DNA from: an uncultured delta proteobacterium
GTDB taxonomy: Bacteria; Desulfobacterota; Binatia; UBA9968
Assembly: GCA_963727625.1 (NCBI GenBank)
Contig: CAVSHR010000006.1
Location: 128,001 to 192,000, forward strand
Length of the DNA: 64,000 nt
Direction: 5' to 3'
Both the position numbers and the translations under genes were made by a program. Of this stretch, positions 1 to 9,871 are shown one piece after another (positions within the stretch are counted from its first letter, which is position 1; the number at the start of each line of letters is the position of its first letter). The notes beneath the pieces were generated by a model, which did no database searches, was not told where the DNA came from, and saw only the letters and a list, made by a program, of their open reading frames with translations.

Positions 1-173
1 TGACGACGCCGTCCACACCGGCGTCGTTCATCGACTGCAGCATGTCTTCCGCCATAAATTTCATGATCGGTGGGATCTGATGGATCGCCAGTTTCTTTCG
101 CGCGCCCATATGCGAGTGCGCATCGATGACTTCGATCTTTTCGCCTTCGACAGTGCTATGATGATCTCCCAAA
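1..173 (-). CDS. amidohydrolase_2 family protein, 5' part (runs off window; start approximate)
   Basis: Manual translation ...VEGEKIEVIDAHSHMG...MNDAGVDGVV; IDxHxH metal motif. Confidence 0.65.
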
Positions 174-249
174 AATTTTGGCTGCTCAAAGGAGATGGAT
201 CAAGGTTGCTCAGCCGGTCGATTTATAGAATCACTTAACCTCTTACACT

Positions 250-1275
250 TTACACTCCGCCGAATCCTTCATCCTGCGCTTCGGCCAGCAGCCACGGATC
301 TTTGATCTCGGTCGTCGGGCCTTTGCCGCTGAGCACGTTGACGACTTCTCGCGCGGCATGGGTTTGGCAATCGACGTAGGACTCGTCAGAGTTTGCCGCG
401 GTATGGCAGGTGACGATGACATTGGGCAGTGTCAACAGTTTATGATCGGCGGGCAAGGGTTCCGGTTCCGTGACGTCTAGTGCCGCGCCGGCCAGTTCAC
501 CGGCGACCAGCGCATCGTAGAGCGCGTCGGAGTCCACCAGGCCGCCGCGGGCGCAGTTTATCAAGTAGGCGGTGTTCTTCATCGCTTTGAACTGCGGCGT
601 GCTGAACATCTTGCGCGTCTGCTTGGTCAGCGGCGCGTGCACGCTGATAAAGTCGGAGGTCTTCACCAACTCGTCGAAGGAAACCATCTTGACGCCATAC
701 TCTTTGGCGGTTTTTTCGTCGAGATAGGGATCGTAGGTCTGCACGTTGAGTCTCATGCCCTGGGCGCGCGGCGCGACTTGCTTGCCGACATGGCCCAGGC
801 CGACGATGCCCAGCGTGCGGCCCTGAATCCGATAGACGCGGCCACGGTAGGCGTGCAACTCGGCGGTATGGCGGCGCCATTTGCCGTCGCGCACATATTG
901 ATTCATGCGCATGAGCTTGCGCGAGATCGCGATCAATAAGCCGATGGCCTGCTCGGAGACTTCGATGGAATTGCACCCGGCGGCGTTGCAGATGATCAAG
1001 CCGTGATCCTTGGCTGCGGCGAGATCCATGCGGTCGACGCCGACGCCGGTGCGGCACACGACTTTGGTGCGTTTCAGTTGCGCGATAATCTCGCGCGACA
1101 GCGGCACCGAGCCGTGCATGATGATGCCGTCGGCGTCCTTACCCATCTCGACCACTTCGGCGTCGTTGGTCGGGCGCCGGATGGTCATGTCGGCGTCGAT
1201 CTCGGCGAGAATCGGTTTGATCAGATCCACCGGTACGTCGTTGCTGCCGAAATACACTACATGAAACTTACCCAT
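250..1275 (-). CDS. D-isomer-specific 2-hydroxyacid dehydrogenase (CtBP/SerA-like)
   Basis: GVGVD, GIVGLGHVG Rossmann motif, LINCARG, AALDV, TCHTA; start placed at MGKFHVV. Confidence 0.9.
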   Translation of the reverse strand: MGKFHVVYFGSNDVPVDLIKPILAEIDADMTIRRPTNDAEVVEMGKDADGIIMHGSVPLSREIIAQLKRTKVVCRTGVGVDRMDLAAAKDHGLIICNAAGCNSIEVSEQAIGLLIAISRKLMRMNQYVRDGKWRRHTAELHAYRGRVYRIQGRTLGIVGLGHVGKQVAPRAQGMRLNVQTYDPYLDEKTAKEYGVKMVSFDELVKTSDFISVHAPLTKQTRKMFSTPQFKAMKNTAYLINCARGGLVDSDALYDALVAGELAGAALDVTEPEPLPADHKLLTLPNVIVTCHTAANSDESYVDCQTHAAREVVNVLSGKGPTTEIKDPWLLAEAQDEGFGGV

Positions 1276-1280
1276 TTGAG

Positions 1281-2418
1281 TTAAACCTCCAGTCCATAAA
1301 GGCGCAGCGGATTGTCCCATAAAATTTTCCGCCGCGCTTCAGCTGCAGATATGATCGTTCTTGGTGAGATCGCCCACGGTGCGATCGGGAAACTTGCCGA
1401 TGCAGTCGCTGTGCGGGTAATCGGTGGCGATGGTGAGATAGTCCTCGCCGACATGCTCGATGAACGCAGGCGCAAGCTCTTCGCCGGCTTCCGCGCTGGA
1501 AAAACATTGGCGCTTGAAATAATAGCTCGGTTTTTCTTTGGTGATTCTCGCTCGGCCATGGCCCTCATGCTCCCAGTGCTCGTCCATGCGCTCGAGCCAG
1601 AAGGGCACCCAGCCGCAGCCAGATTCCAGGTAGGCGACTTTGAGCTTGGGATATTTTTCCAGTACCCCATCGGCGCAGAAATTCAAACTGGCGAGCATCT
1701 GTTCGAGCGGATGGCAGGCGATATGGCGGCCGAACTCGCTGTAGCGATCCGAGCCGGCCTGCTCGAGCACGGTGCGCGCGCCTTCATGGACGCAAACCGC
1801 GACACCGAGATCGGCGGCCGTCTCATAAATTGGAAAATAGTCGGGGCTCGACAGCGTCCGGCCGCAGAGTTTATTCGGCCGCCAGAAGATCCCGACCAGG
1901 CCCAGTTTCTCCTTGGCGTATTTCAGTTCTTCGACGGCGCGTTTGGGGTCTTGCAGGGGAATCAAAGCGACGCCGTTGAGCCTTTTGCGGTCGTAGCTGC
2001 AGTAGTCCGAAAGCCAGGTGTTGTAAGCGCGGCAGATCGCCGCGCTCAACTCCGGGTCGAGATTGTCGCGCCACATGATGTAAAGACCCACGGTCGGGAA
2101 GAGCACGCCGAAGTCGACCCCTTCCTTGTCCATGTCGCGGACGTTGGATGCCGGATCGAATTTGGCGGCGAGCGCGTCGGCGAAAGTCTCGCGCCAGCGT
2201 TTCGACGCGCCGAAGGTGAAACCGTAGTCCTCCTGCTGGGTGGCGTTGCGCAGCTTGTCGGCATCGGAGATTTTTTCGCCATCGACGAGCCGGTACGACT
2301 GGTTCGGGCCTTTGATCTCCACGCGGCCGCGAAATTTTTCCGGCAGGTACCTGGCGAACAAGTCGGTCGGCTCGAGCACGTGGCGGTCGGCATCGATGAC
2401 TTTGAATCCGTCTTTCAT
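1281..2418 (-). pseudogene. amidohydrolase_2 family protein with +1 frameshift near C-terminus (~1346)
   Basis: IDADRH, HEG, LESGCGW, TDYPH; normal C-terminus ARRKILWDNPLRLYGL lies in another frame ending at 1281. Confidence 0.8.
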
Positions 2419-2571
2419 GGCTTCAATCCTTTCGGCTACGCGCCGCGCCGCGCAGAGATGCGGCGTCCGATTCGAGCGCAGTTTTCATAAATAAGACGAG
2501 TTCGCCGAGGGAGTCAACAGGAGCGAGGCGCGAGGCGGCAAGGTGAACGCCGGCGGCGCCAGCTATCATCC

Positions 2572-2741
2572 ATGCGTCGGGTCGGCCGGGCGACCGTGGG
2601 TGATGAGCCGAGGAAACTCATCGCGATTCGTTTGGATACGAAGGTTTTGGGTCGGTTGCGCAAGACTGCCGAGAGAAAAAACTTGCCCTACCAGTCCTCG
2701 TGAACGAGATGTTAGCCAGCGAGATGCCCAAGGCGAGTTAG
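2572..2741 (+). pseudogene. BrnA/CopG-like RHH antitoxin remnant (frameshifted)
   Basis: MRRVGRATVGDEPRKLIAIRLDTKVLGRLRKTAERKNLPYQS then frameshift; paralog of 5486-5656. Confidence 0.7.
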
Positions 2742-2761
2742 GACTGAGTAACGTGAAGAAT

Positions 2762-2786
2762 AAATGTCAAAAGTAAAGATCTTGCC
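2762..2786 (-). repeat. motif A (dispersed boundary motif) copy
   Basis: aaatgtcaaaagtaaagatcttgcc, near-identical to 5675-5701. Confidence 0.6.
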
Positions 2787-2921
2787 GTGGTGGCTTTTTT
2801 CTTCTCGGCTGGGATGTTTGTGCCTACTTGACCTGCCGTAATGGGTGACCCTCACGGCTCCACAAGCTTTTGCCCAGCGCTCTTATGATTTTTCAAAGAA
2901 AGGGTCTCCGTGCCGCGACCG

Positions 2922-3242
2922 TTAGGCCGGTTCGGGATGTACCGCGAGTTTGATTTTCTCTTTTTTCTGAATGTACGCGAAGACAGAAAACAGGTTCCGC
3001 GCTTGTGGGTTCCCCTTTTCGCCAAACATCCGCATTAAGCTCTTGGGCGACTTATGCACCGCGGCGCCGAGTTTTTCAAAACCGAGCGTTGCGTTGATAT
3101 AGTCGCGAAGGATGGTTTTTCCGGTTTCGACATCGCCAGCGAGAAGACACCCGGCGGCTTCGGTAATGAGGTTTTCGCGAAATTTTGGATCGCGTTGTAC
3201 TCGCGCCTGAACGGTTTCTTTAAAATCTCTTGTTAACGCCAT
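2922..3242 (-). CDS. addiction-module antidote / HTH antitoxin (HI1420-like)
   Basis: MALTRDFKETV...GFEKLG...SPKSLMRMFG..GNP; downstream of RelE-type toxin. Confidence 0.85.
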   Translation of the reverse strand: MALTRDFKETVQARVQRDPKFRENLITEAAGCLLAGDVETGKTILRDYINATLGFEKLGAAVHKSPKSLMRMFGEKGNPQARNLFSVFAYIQKKEKIKLAVHPEPA

Positions 3243-3244
3243 GG

Positions 3245-3571
3245 TTAGCTCTCCTTCTTTTTACGCTTCTTATAGTCTGCCCAAAGCGCTTGGGCATCTG
3301 CAATATCTTCTGACTGTTTTTTCTTCGTCCCGCCCGCGAGCAGAATAATCAACTCTTCGCCGTCCTTGCCGAAATAGATCCGATACCCCGGGCCGAAATT
3401 TATTTTGTACTCATGGACCCCTTGGCCAACGCTAGCGACGTTCGAAAGATTTCCCTTCGCCATACGGGTGACTGCCATTGTTACCTTCGCCGCGGCCTCC
3501 GAATTTAATCCGTCGAACCACTTGCGAAACGGAGATCGGCCGTTGCTAGCAAGATATTCTTTGATCTCCAC
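3245..3571 (-). CDS. RelE/ParE-family addiction-module killer toxin (HI1419/HigB-like)
   Basis: GRSPF..WF...GVHEYKINFGPGYRIYFG..ILLAGGTKKKQ. Confidence 0.88.
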   Translation of the reverse strand: MEIKEYLASNGRSPFRKWFDGLNSEAAAKVTMAVTRMAKGNLSNVASVGQGVHEYKINFGPGYRIYFGKDGEELIILLAGGTKKKQSEDIADAQALWADYKKRKKKES

Positions 3572-3580
3572 GTAATGGAA

Positions 3581-3608
3581 ATAGTAACATTTATGTTACT
3601 AGTGTCAA
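3581..3608 (-). promoter_or_regulatory. sigma70 promoter with palindromic TA operator
   Basis: TTGACA-16-TACTAT on minus strand; perfect IR TAGTAACAT-tt-ATGTTACTA (3582-3601) overlapping it, just upstream of toxin start. Confidence 0.75.
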
Positions 3609-3669
3609 GGGCAAAACCATAATAGCGGCGGTATCTAAAAAGGGCATGGGATTCGGGTTGTAAAGCTTT

Positions 3670-3920
3670 AAGAAATTGGCCGGTTGTCATCAAAACCAAG
3701 GGAAACAAAACTCGATCGGATTCGAAAGAAGATCAAAGCGCTGGGGTTGACGGAAAAAAGATGTTGACGCCGCCATTCGCCGGGCCCGGACCCGGTAGTG
3801 CGCGTCGTCCTCGATACGAACACCATCGTATCCGTTCTCTTCTTCAGCGGGGTTTCCTCAAAGCTGGTTTCACTTTGGCAAACGGGTTTGCTAACGCCGT
3901 TGCTCTTCGAAATTGCTTAG
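3670..3920 (+). pseudogene. decayed antitoxin C-terminus + truncated PIN toxin
   Basis: ETKLDRIRKKIKALGLTEKDVDAAIRRARTR* overlapping GTG at 3798 of VRVVLDTNTIVSVLFFSG... which stops after ~40 codons. Confidence 0.7.
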
Positions 3921-3965
3921 ATACCCAGCCACGACCCCGCTGGCGACCCTCACAAGATAACCGAC

Positions 3966-3992
3966 ATAAGCAAATAACCAAAGCCTGACGCC
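3966..3992 (-). repeat. motif A copy (degenerate)
   Basis: ataagcaaataaccaaagcctgacgcc, 13 bp from the breakpoint of the duplicated amidohydrolase. Confidence 0.5.
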
Positions 3993-4005
3993 ACTGCCCA
4001 AGTTT

Positions 4006-4480
4006 TCTTGCTGGGTGGCATTGCGCAGCTTGTCGGCATCGGAGATTTTTTCGCCGTCGACCAGCCGGAACGACTGGTTCGGGCCTTTGATCTCCACGCG
4101 GCTGCGGAATTTTTCCGGCAGGTACTTGGCGAACAGATCGGTCGGCTCGAGCACGTGGCGGTCGGCATCGATCACTTTGAATCCGTCTTTCATGGCTTCA
4201 ATCCTTTCGGCTACGCGCGGCGCCGCGCAGAGATGCGGCGTCCGATTCGAGCGCAGTTTTCATAAATAAGACGAGTTCGCCGAGGGAGTCAACAGGAGCG
4301 AGGCGCGAGGCGCGAGCCCGGCAACGTGAACGCTGGCGGCGCCAGCTATCATCCATGCGTCGGGTCGGCCGGCCGACCGTGGGTAATGAGCCGGGGAAGC
4401 TCATCGCAATTCGTTTGCATACAAAGGTTTTGCGGTGCTCCGCAAGACCAAAGAGAAAAAGGGATTACCCTACCAGTCGC
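4006..4480. repeat. duplication copy B: truncated amidohydrolase 5' end (4006-4193, -) + BrnA remnant
   Basis: MKDGFKVIDADRHVLEPTDLF...NATQQE nearly identical to 2231-2418 with scattered substitutions. Confidence 0.9.
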
Positions 4481-4666
4481 GCGGACGCTCACTCGACCGG
4501 TTGGTCGATGAAGTTGGCGACGACCAATCGCATTCCTCGCTTCGCTTATGGAAATTGTCGCCGTACTCTTCGAAAAGCACACTGTCCTGAGAAAAGTTGG
4601 GCCGCACGCCAGGGTCGTCGTTCAACTGCGTTGAAAAGGCCTCGCACCAACCAAAGCTGAGCGCTC

Positions 4667-4692
4667 GAAAAAGTACGTCCCCCTTTATTCCC
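4667..4692 (+). repeat. motif B-like hairpin (RAYT-end-like)
   Basis: gaaaaagtacgtccccctttattccc resembles gaaaaggttcgcgtccccttttccc at the Y1 transposase end. Confidence 0.55.
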
Positions 4693-4776
4693 TTGTCCTT
4701 AGTAGTCCCTAGCCTGATTTCCTAGTGGAAATGCCGGGCTTAGTTGGATATGCTAGAAAAACAGTGGAGGCCCGTC

Positions 4777-5001
4777 ATGCGTAAGCGAGCGTCTTCGACA
4801 GCGGAAAATCTGGTTTCGTTGCGCGTACCGAAAAAACTAGCAGGCAAAAAAGTGGTGCTGGTCGATGCCGCAGAGTACGCAGCGTTAAAGCGCCGTCTCA
4901 GCGAAATTAGCCACGCGCTGGAAGTGATTTCTCGCGGTGATGCCGCATACCGTCAAGGGAGGACGAAGACGGGCGCGTCTTTATCGGAGTTAGGTCGGTA
5001 G
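4777..5001 (+). CDS. putative antitoxin
   Basis: Small basic protein with GGAGG RBS, ...AYRQGRTKTGASLSEL, directly upstream of RelE-type toxin. Confidence 0.7.
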   Translation: MRKRASSTAENLVSLRVPKKLAGKKVVLVDAAEYAALKRRLSEISHALEVISRGDAAYRQGRTKTGASLSELGR

Positions 5002-5005
5002 CGGG

Positions 5006-5278
5006 ATGGCCCGGCCGATTACCGTTGTTCACATCACCCCTGATTTTGAAAAAGCCTATCTTCGATTACCCAAGCACATTCAAATACTCGCGACCCGCAA
5101 AGATCAATGGTTTCGCGATGACGCCTTTGATCCGCGCCTCCGAACTCACAAACTAAAAGGCGATCTCTCAGCTTACTGGGCCTACTCGATCAACCGCGAG
5201 TATCGTGTGCTATTTCGGTTTCTCGGTCCAAGCGAAGTCCTCTACTACGATGTTGGCACCCATGAAATCTATCGCTAA
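5006..5278 (+). CDS. RelE/StbE/YafQ-family mRNA interferase toxin
   Basis: F.KAY..L...FDPRLRTHKLKG....WAYSIN.EYRVLFRF...YDVGTHEIY. Confidence 0.88.
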   Translation: MARPITVVHITPDFEKAYLRLPKHIQILATRKDQWFRDDAFDPRLRTHKLKGDLSAYWAYSINREYRVLFRFLGPSEVLYYDVGTHEIYR

Positions 5279-5388
5279 ACATTTGCGACAGTCGAACCCG
5301 CGCCGTGAAGAAGAATACCGAGAAAGTAGGATATTCGACATCAGGGATAAATTTTGATTCTTACACTTCGGATTACCTCGGGCAGGTG

Positions 5389-5415
5389 AAAATAAGTCAA
5401 TACTCAGGCTCGAAC
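5389..5415 (-). repeat. motif A copy
   Basis: aaaataagtcaatactcaggctcg; 12-mer CAATACTCAGGC also at 15447 and 23130 (reverse complement). Confidence 0.7.
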
Positions 5416-5485
5416 ATCCCGCACACGGAGCGAGGCGCGAGGCGTGAGCCGGCAACGTGAACGCTGGCGGCGGCAGCGTTCATCC

Positions 5486-5656
5486 ATGCGTCGGGTCGGC
5501 CGGACGACTGTGGGTGACGAGCCAACGAAGCTCATCGCAATTCGATTGGATACAAAGGTTTTGGGTTGGTTGCGCAAGACTGCCGAGAAAAAAGGGCTGC
5601 CGTACCAGTCGCTGGTGAACGAGATATTGGCGAGCGAGATGCGCGAGGCGAGCTAG
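5486..5656 (+). CDS. BrnA/CopG-like RHH antitoxin (orphan, possibly N-truncated)
   Basis: KLIAIRLDTKVLGWLRKTAEKKGLPYQSLVNEILA; no BrnT toxin upstream. Confidence 0.7.
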   Translation: MRRVGRTTVGDEPTKLIAIRLDTKVLGWLRKTAEKKGLPYQSLVNEILASEMREAS

Positions 5657-5674
5657 GATTGAGAGATGCGAACG

Positions 5675-5741
5675 AAAATGTCAAAAGTTAAAGATCTGAC
5701 CGTGGAACCTGGTGAAAATCTGACCCTGGAACCTGGTGCAG
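5675..5741 (-). repeat. motif A copy followed by 24-bp tandem duplication
   Basis: aaaatgtcaaaagttaaagatctgacc; atctgacc(g/c)tggaacctggtg at 5694 and 5718. Confidence 0.7.
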
Positions 5742-5763
5742 CGGAATTGCCAATATTGATATC

Positions 5764-7106
5764 ATGGAAACACTGAACATAATCGGCACGTGGTGGGTGC
5801 CATCTAAAGGACAGTCAAGGGCGGCAGGTACGCTGACATTTTCCGAGAATGAAGGTGTTAGACTCGAAATCGACAAATCACTAACGGTCGGAAAAGAAAA
5901 AATCATAATAGGACGCGCGGGTGGCCGAGACGTAACATTACAAGGTTGCTACGAAATATCCAGCACATCTGTTGGCGGCGCATTGAAAATTACTGGTCAA
6001 GAGTATTTAGTTGAGACCGCCTTTTTGGGCGTAGCGCTAACAAAGACTTCGCAGTTTCGTTTCACAAAAGCTTCTTTCGACTTCACTCATTTAATTGACT
6101 GGGTTGCAACGAGTGGAATTAAAACAGGCTATTCAGCCGACAAAAAATTCACAGTCACCTACCAACGACCGGACGACATTTCCATTACCTTGCCAGAAGC
6201 TACCCTAAGCCTAGCCTTTAGTGGAAAATATCCGTTCGGGGGGCCAACACTTACGATACAGGAATCAGTGCGTTGGGACCTTACGACAAAACTACCAAAA
6301 ACCATCGACGAGATTGTCAATGCTTATATAACGCCTTTGTGGGACCTCCTAAGGCTAACTACAATGCGAGACAATACGCTCGAAGAGCTAGCCGTCTATC
6401 GCAAGGCAAATGATAAACCGAGCGACGCAATTCGCGTCATTTTCAAGACGGGTTATGTGGGCAACCGTACGAGGCACTTATCGTCGAGCGAAATGCTTTT
6501 TTCTCTGAGAGATATTGGTACTAGTTCACTTGAGTTTCTTAAGAATTGGATTCAGATTCATCCAAACGCCAGGGCTGTTATTGATAATCTCGTCGACCCT
6601 CCAACTGGAGCCAAAGTACGCCTGACTCAAAGGTTTTTTAATTTAGTTCAGGCTGCTGAAGTTTATCACCGGCTATTTCATTCAACGCAAAGCGAATTAT
6701 CCAAAGCGGAACATGACAAACGCCTGAGTGAAATCCTTAGCGACGTTCGTGATACACACAAAGATTGGCTTAAACAAATTCTAGCGGATAGTAATAAACC
6801 GAGACTTGCCGCTAGACTTACTGCAATTTTGAAAGAAACAGAGTTGATCGTAAGAAATCTGCTGCCGAACTCCAGCACACACCAAAACGTTTCACATCCA
6901 AGATCGCTCGGACGCGTAACGATTTAACGCATCGCCTGACGACGGCCGTTAAAAACGAGGACCTTTTTGTTATTTCAGAAGTACTGTTTCTTGTACTTGC
7001 TGCTTGTCTACTAATGAGATCCGGACTTCTAGAAGATAAAGTGGCAGCGATTATTGCAAACAACTTCCGTTATGTACGGGCGTTGGAGAATAGGGCTCTG
7101 TTGTGA
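5764..7106 (+). pseudogene. ApeA-like (N-terminal domain + HEPN) putative anti-phage RNase, frameshifted at ~6880
   Basis: N-term GTWWVP..GTLTFS..GVRLE; FFNLVQAAEVYHR; HEPN RNDLTH (6915-6932) in shifted frame, open to TGA 7104-7106; AT-rich. Confidence 0.75.
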
Positions 7107-7112
7107 TGAAGG

Positions 7113-7970
7113 CTAGCAGCCCGTGGCAAAAGAGCTGACGAGCGCGAATTTGATTCGATCTACTTTGCGAGACGTGTGCAAGGCAACAGTCGACGTAACC
7201 GATCGATACCATCTTCGAAGATGGGTCCAGAGCGTGTCTAAAGGTCTTACAAGCGAGCCTATGACGATAAAAAGCGCCGCAACGCGGCCTTGCAGGCTCC
7301 GCGGCGTCCCTACACCGAACAGCGTTCGCATCAACAAGCTGAGATTCAACGCCGCCGCATGGAGTAAGATCCGTTTGAGGATGTTCTGATGACCGCGCAG
7401 GTGCACCCGTGGCATCGCTCCGGTTTCGTACAGATGCGCAAACGGTCGTTCGAGGAGTTCTCCCCGCTGACGGAGCAGGCGCTTGCCGCGTGCGCCGCGA
7501 ATCCGCCGGCGGTTGCGATAGACAGCATGGCGTGCCTCGGGGTTATCCTTCCACTGTCGTCGCCCGCGATCGGGCTCCGAGATGTAGCTGCGCACGCCCG
7601 CGGCTTCGAAGTCCACGAGCGCTTGATTACTATGATACCCCTTGTCTGCGACGACCTCTTTCGGCCCGTCGCTGTCAGGGACAACCCCCTCGATCTGCTC
7701 GGCGGCCTCAATCAACGTCTCGATACTCGTGGTGGTGTCCCCTTGATCGGCGCCTTGCACGGTCACGGCCACCACTGCTCCCGTCTCCAGGTCGACCGCG
7801 TGCTCGGCCTTGTGCGCCAAGTGCGTGCGTCCGTCCTTCATCTTGGTGATCTTGGCGTCGGGGTCATGGGGATGGGTCCAGTCATCGTTGGAGCCCTTGT
7901 TCTTGCGCTTGCGGTCAAGGCGCGCCAAGTCCTCGCGGGTCGGTGTTTCAATCCCCGAGGCCTTGGCTAG
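7113..7970 (-). mobile_element. IS1182/IS5-like DDE transposase, 3' half only
   Basis: DPDAKI..MKDG..HLAHK, VADKGY, RQRGELLERPFAH; ends in TTTTGCCACGGGCTGCTAG; reading frame cut at IS1380 end. Confidence 0.8.
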
Positions 7971-9835
7971 TCCTCAAATAAGCGCTGTGGACAGGAAAAT
8001 TTGTTGAGGTGGATTTAAAAACGGGAAAAGCCCTCTGAAATGAGGTATACGAAGAGTTGCCACACAGCAACGTAACCCCAAAAAGCAGAGGGCTCCCAAG
8101 TGAAAATATCTATCGCATTTGGACGTGCAAGTCACGTCAATTCCGGTACGAGCATCGATCCTGCCGAACTTCCGTGGCCCGAGACTCAAGGGCGGGTGAT
8201 GCGCCATCCGCTGCTCCATCTTGAGAGCGATCCACGAGGTAACATTACGCATTATGGAGGTTTGGTCTTGGCGCAGCAGTTTGTCCGGCGGTTTCGGGTT
8301 GCGCAGCGGTTGGACCAGGCCCTGGTGTTGTTTAGGCGTCATGCCCCCTACTTTGAGTCGGACCATGTGCTGGCGCTGATGTACACGCTTTATGCCGATG
8401 GGACATGTCTGGAGGACCAGGCGGTGCTGCAAGGGAGCGAGGCGATTCGAAGACTGGTGGGAGCGTGTCGGATTCCGGACCCGACGACGGCGGGAGATTT
8501 TCTGCGTCGGTTTAAGAGCGCACAAGATTTGGAGCAGTTGAGTGGGGTGGGCGACGAGGTGCAAGAGGCGGTGTGGTCGAAGTTGCCCGCCCCGGTACGT
8601 CGTCACAGGAAGAAGCACGAGATGGCGCTGGTGGATCTCGATGGTCACATCAAGCCCCTGTACGGGGTGCAGAAAGAGGGGGCGGATTTTAGCTACGACG
8701 GGCGTTGGTCGTATCAGCCGTTGGTGGTGACGCTGGGTGGCAGTGGGGAGTGCCTCAAGGTGGTCAATCAGCCAGGCAGCGGGCATGCTGCGGACGGCGC
8801 CGCCGAGGCTCTCAAGGAAGTTTTGCCACGGGTGAAGCGCCATTTCAAAAGCGCCATTGTGCGGGGCGATACCGACTTTGATCGGGCCGACGTGTACCAG
8901 GCGGTGATCGAGCAGGGGGCGTACTTTGCCATTGGGGCCAAGCTGCATCCCAATCGCGCCGCGCTGGCCGAGGCGATTGCGGAGAAGCGTTGGCAGCGAT
9001 TTTGTCCGCGCGCCGAGCGCAACAAGCCAGCCGGGTCTAGTCGTGAGGGGCGCACCCCCAACTACCGCAAAACCAAAGCCCAACAGCGAGGGTACCGCAC
9101 GTTGAGCACGCTTCAGCAGTGGATCAGCGAGATCGACTATCAGCCCGCCGGGGTGCCCTTTCCGTGTCGCCTGATCGTGCGGCGGATTTTGATTGAAGAG
9201 TGCGATGGTCAGGGAGTGCTCTTTCGCCATTTCCGCTACCGGTTGGTGCTGAGCGATCTGCCGCGTTCTTACACGGCTCAGCGGGTCGTCGATCTGACCT
9301 ATCAGCGCTGCGACCAGGAAAACCTCATCGAGCAATTCGGTCACGGCATTGCGGGGTGGCGCATGCCGGTGGCGGAGTTTATGGGCAACTCGGCGTGGCT
9401 GGAAATAGCTCGGCTGGCGTGGAATCTGGGCAAGTGGATCGCCCAACTGGTCTTGCCCGAGGAGGTAGTGCGCTGGGAGTGGAAGCGCTTTCGCCGCCAC
9501 TTTGTCTACATTGCGGCCAAGGTTCTCAAGCTCGGCAGAAGCTTGGTGGTGCGGCTGGCCGGATCGCATCGGTATTTGCCCGACATCCTCGCCGCTCATG
9601 CTCGATTGCAGACCTAACAGACGGTTGCGACGCGACCTCATCCGGCTGCTCCCGCGGGCCGACGCACGCCGCGCTGCGCTCAAAATCACTCTCGACCTCG
9701 GTTCATCGTCCAACAACATCCGACTGGCTCCGATTTGTGATATAAACGCATGCTCATGATGGGCTTACGAACCGTCAAGGATCTCCCTATGAACCGACCA
9801 TGCATACTTTTAGACGCTTGGCGCTTATTTCAGGG
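7971..9835 (+). mobile_element. IS1380-family insertion sequence
   Basis: TIRs tcctcaaataagcgc / gcgcttatttcaggg (13/15 match), CTAG on both flanks, single large transposase. Confidence 0.88.
8100..9617 (+). CDS. IS1380 transposase (DDE_Tnp_1_4)
   Basis: THYGGL, PDPTT, VDLD, YQPL, VRGD, YQRCDQENLIEQ. Confidence 0.88.
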   Translation: MKISIAFGRASHVNSGTSIDPAELPWPETQGRVMRHPLLHLESDPRGNITHYGGLVLAQQFVRRFRVAQRLDQALVLFRRHAPYFESDHVLALMYTLYADGTCLEDQAVLQGSEAIRRLVGACRIPDPTTAGDFLRRFKSAQDLEQLSGVGDEVQEAVWSKLPAPVRRHRKKHEMALVDLDGHIKPLYGVQKEGADFSYDGRWSYQPLVVTLGGSGECLKVVNQPGSGHAADGAAEALKEVLPRVKRHFKSAIVRGDTDFDRADVYQAVIEQGAYFAIGAKLHPNRAALAEAIAEKRWQRFCPRAERNKPAGSSREGRTPNYRKTKAQQRGYRTLSTLQQWISEIDYQPAGVPFPCRLIVRRILIEECDGQGVLFRHFRYRLVLSDLPRSYTAQRVVDLTYQRCDQENLIEQFGHGIAGWRMPVAEFMGNSAWLEIARLAWNLGKWIAQLVLPEEVVRWEWKRFRRHFVYIAAKVLKLGRSLVVRLAGSHRYLPDILAAHARLQT

Positions 9836-9871
9836 CTAGTCAAGGAAAAGGTTCGCGTCCCCTTTTCCCCT
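9836..9871 (+). repeat. motif B: exact 36-bp copy of the Y1 transposase upstream end
   Basis: ctagtcaaggaaaaggttcgcgtccccttttcccct identical to 14562-14597. Confidence 0.92.

Larger units (their letters stand above)
2231..2786. repeat. duplication copy A (amidohydrolase 5' end + intergenic + BrnA-like remnant)
   Basis: 2231-2698 aligns with 4006-~4480; 2520-2782 aligns with 5427-5697. Confidence 0.9.

Noticed and set aside
2762-5741. Classical integron or CRISPR array
   Set aside because: No integron integrase, no convincing RYYYAAC...GTTRRRY attC folds, no regularly spaced identical repeats and no cas genes.
7974-9719. 581-aa antisense ORF, and similar long shadow ORFs (1312-2490, 18259-19782, 29635-30672, 50420-51424)
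   Set aside because: They lie opposite well-supported GC-rich genes and show no recognisable motifs.
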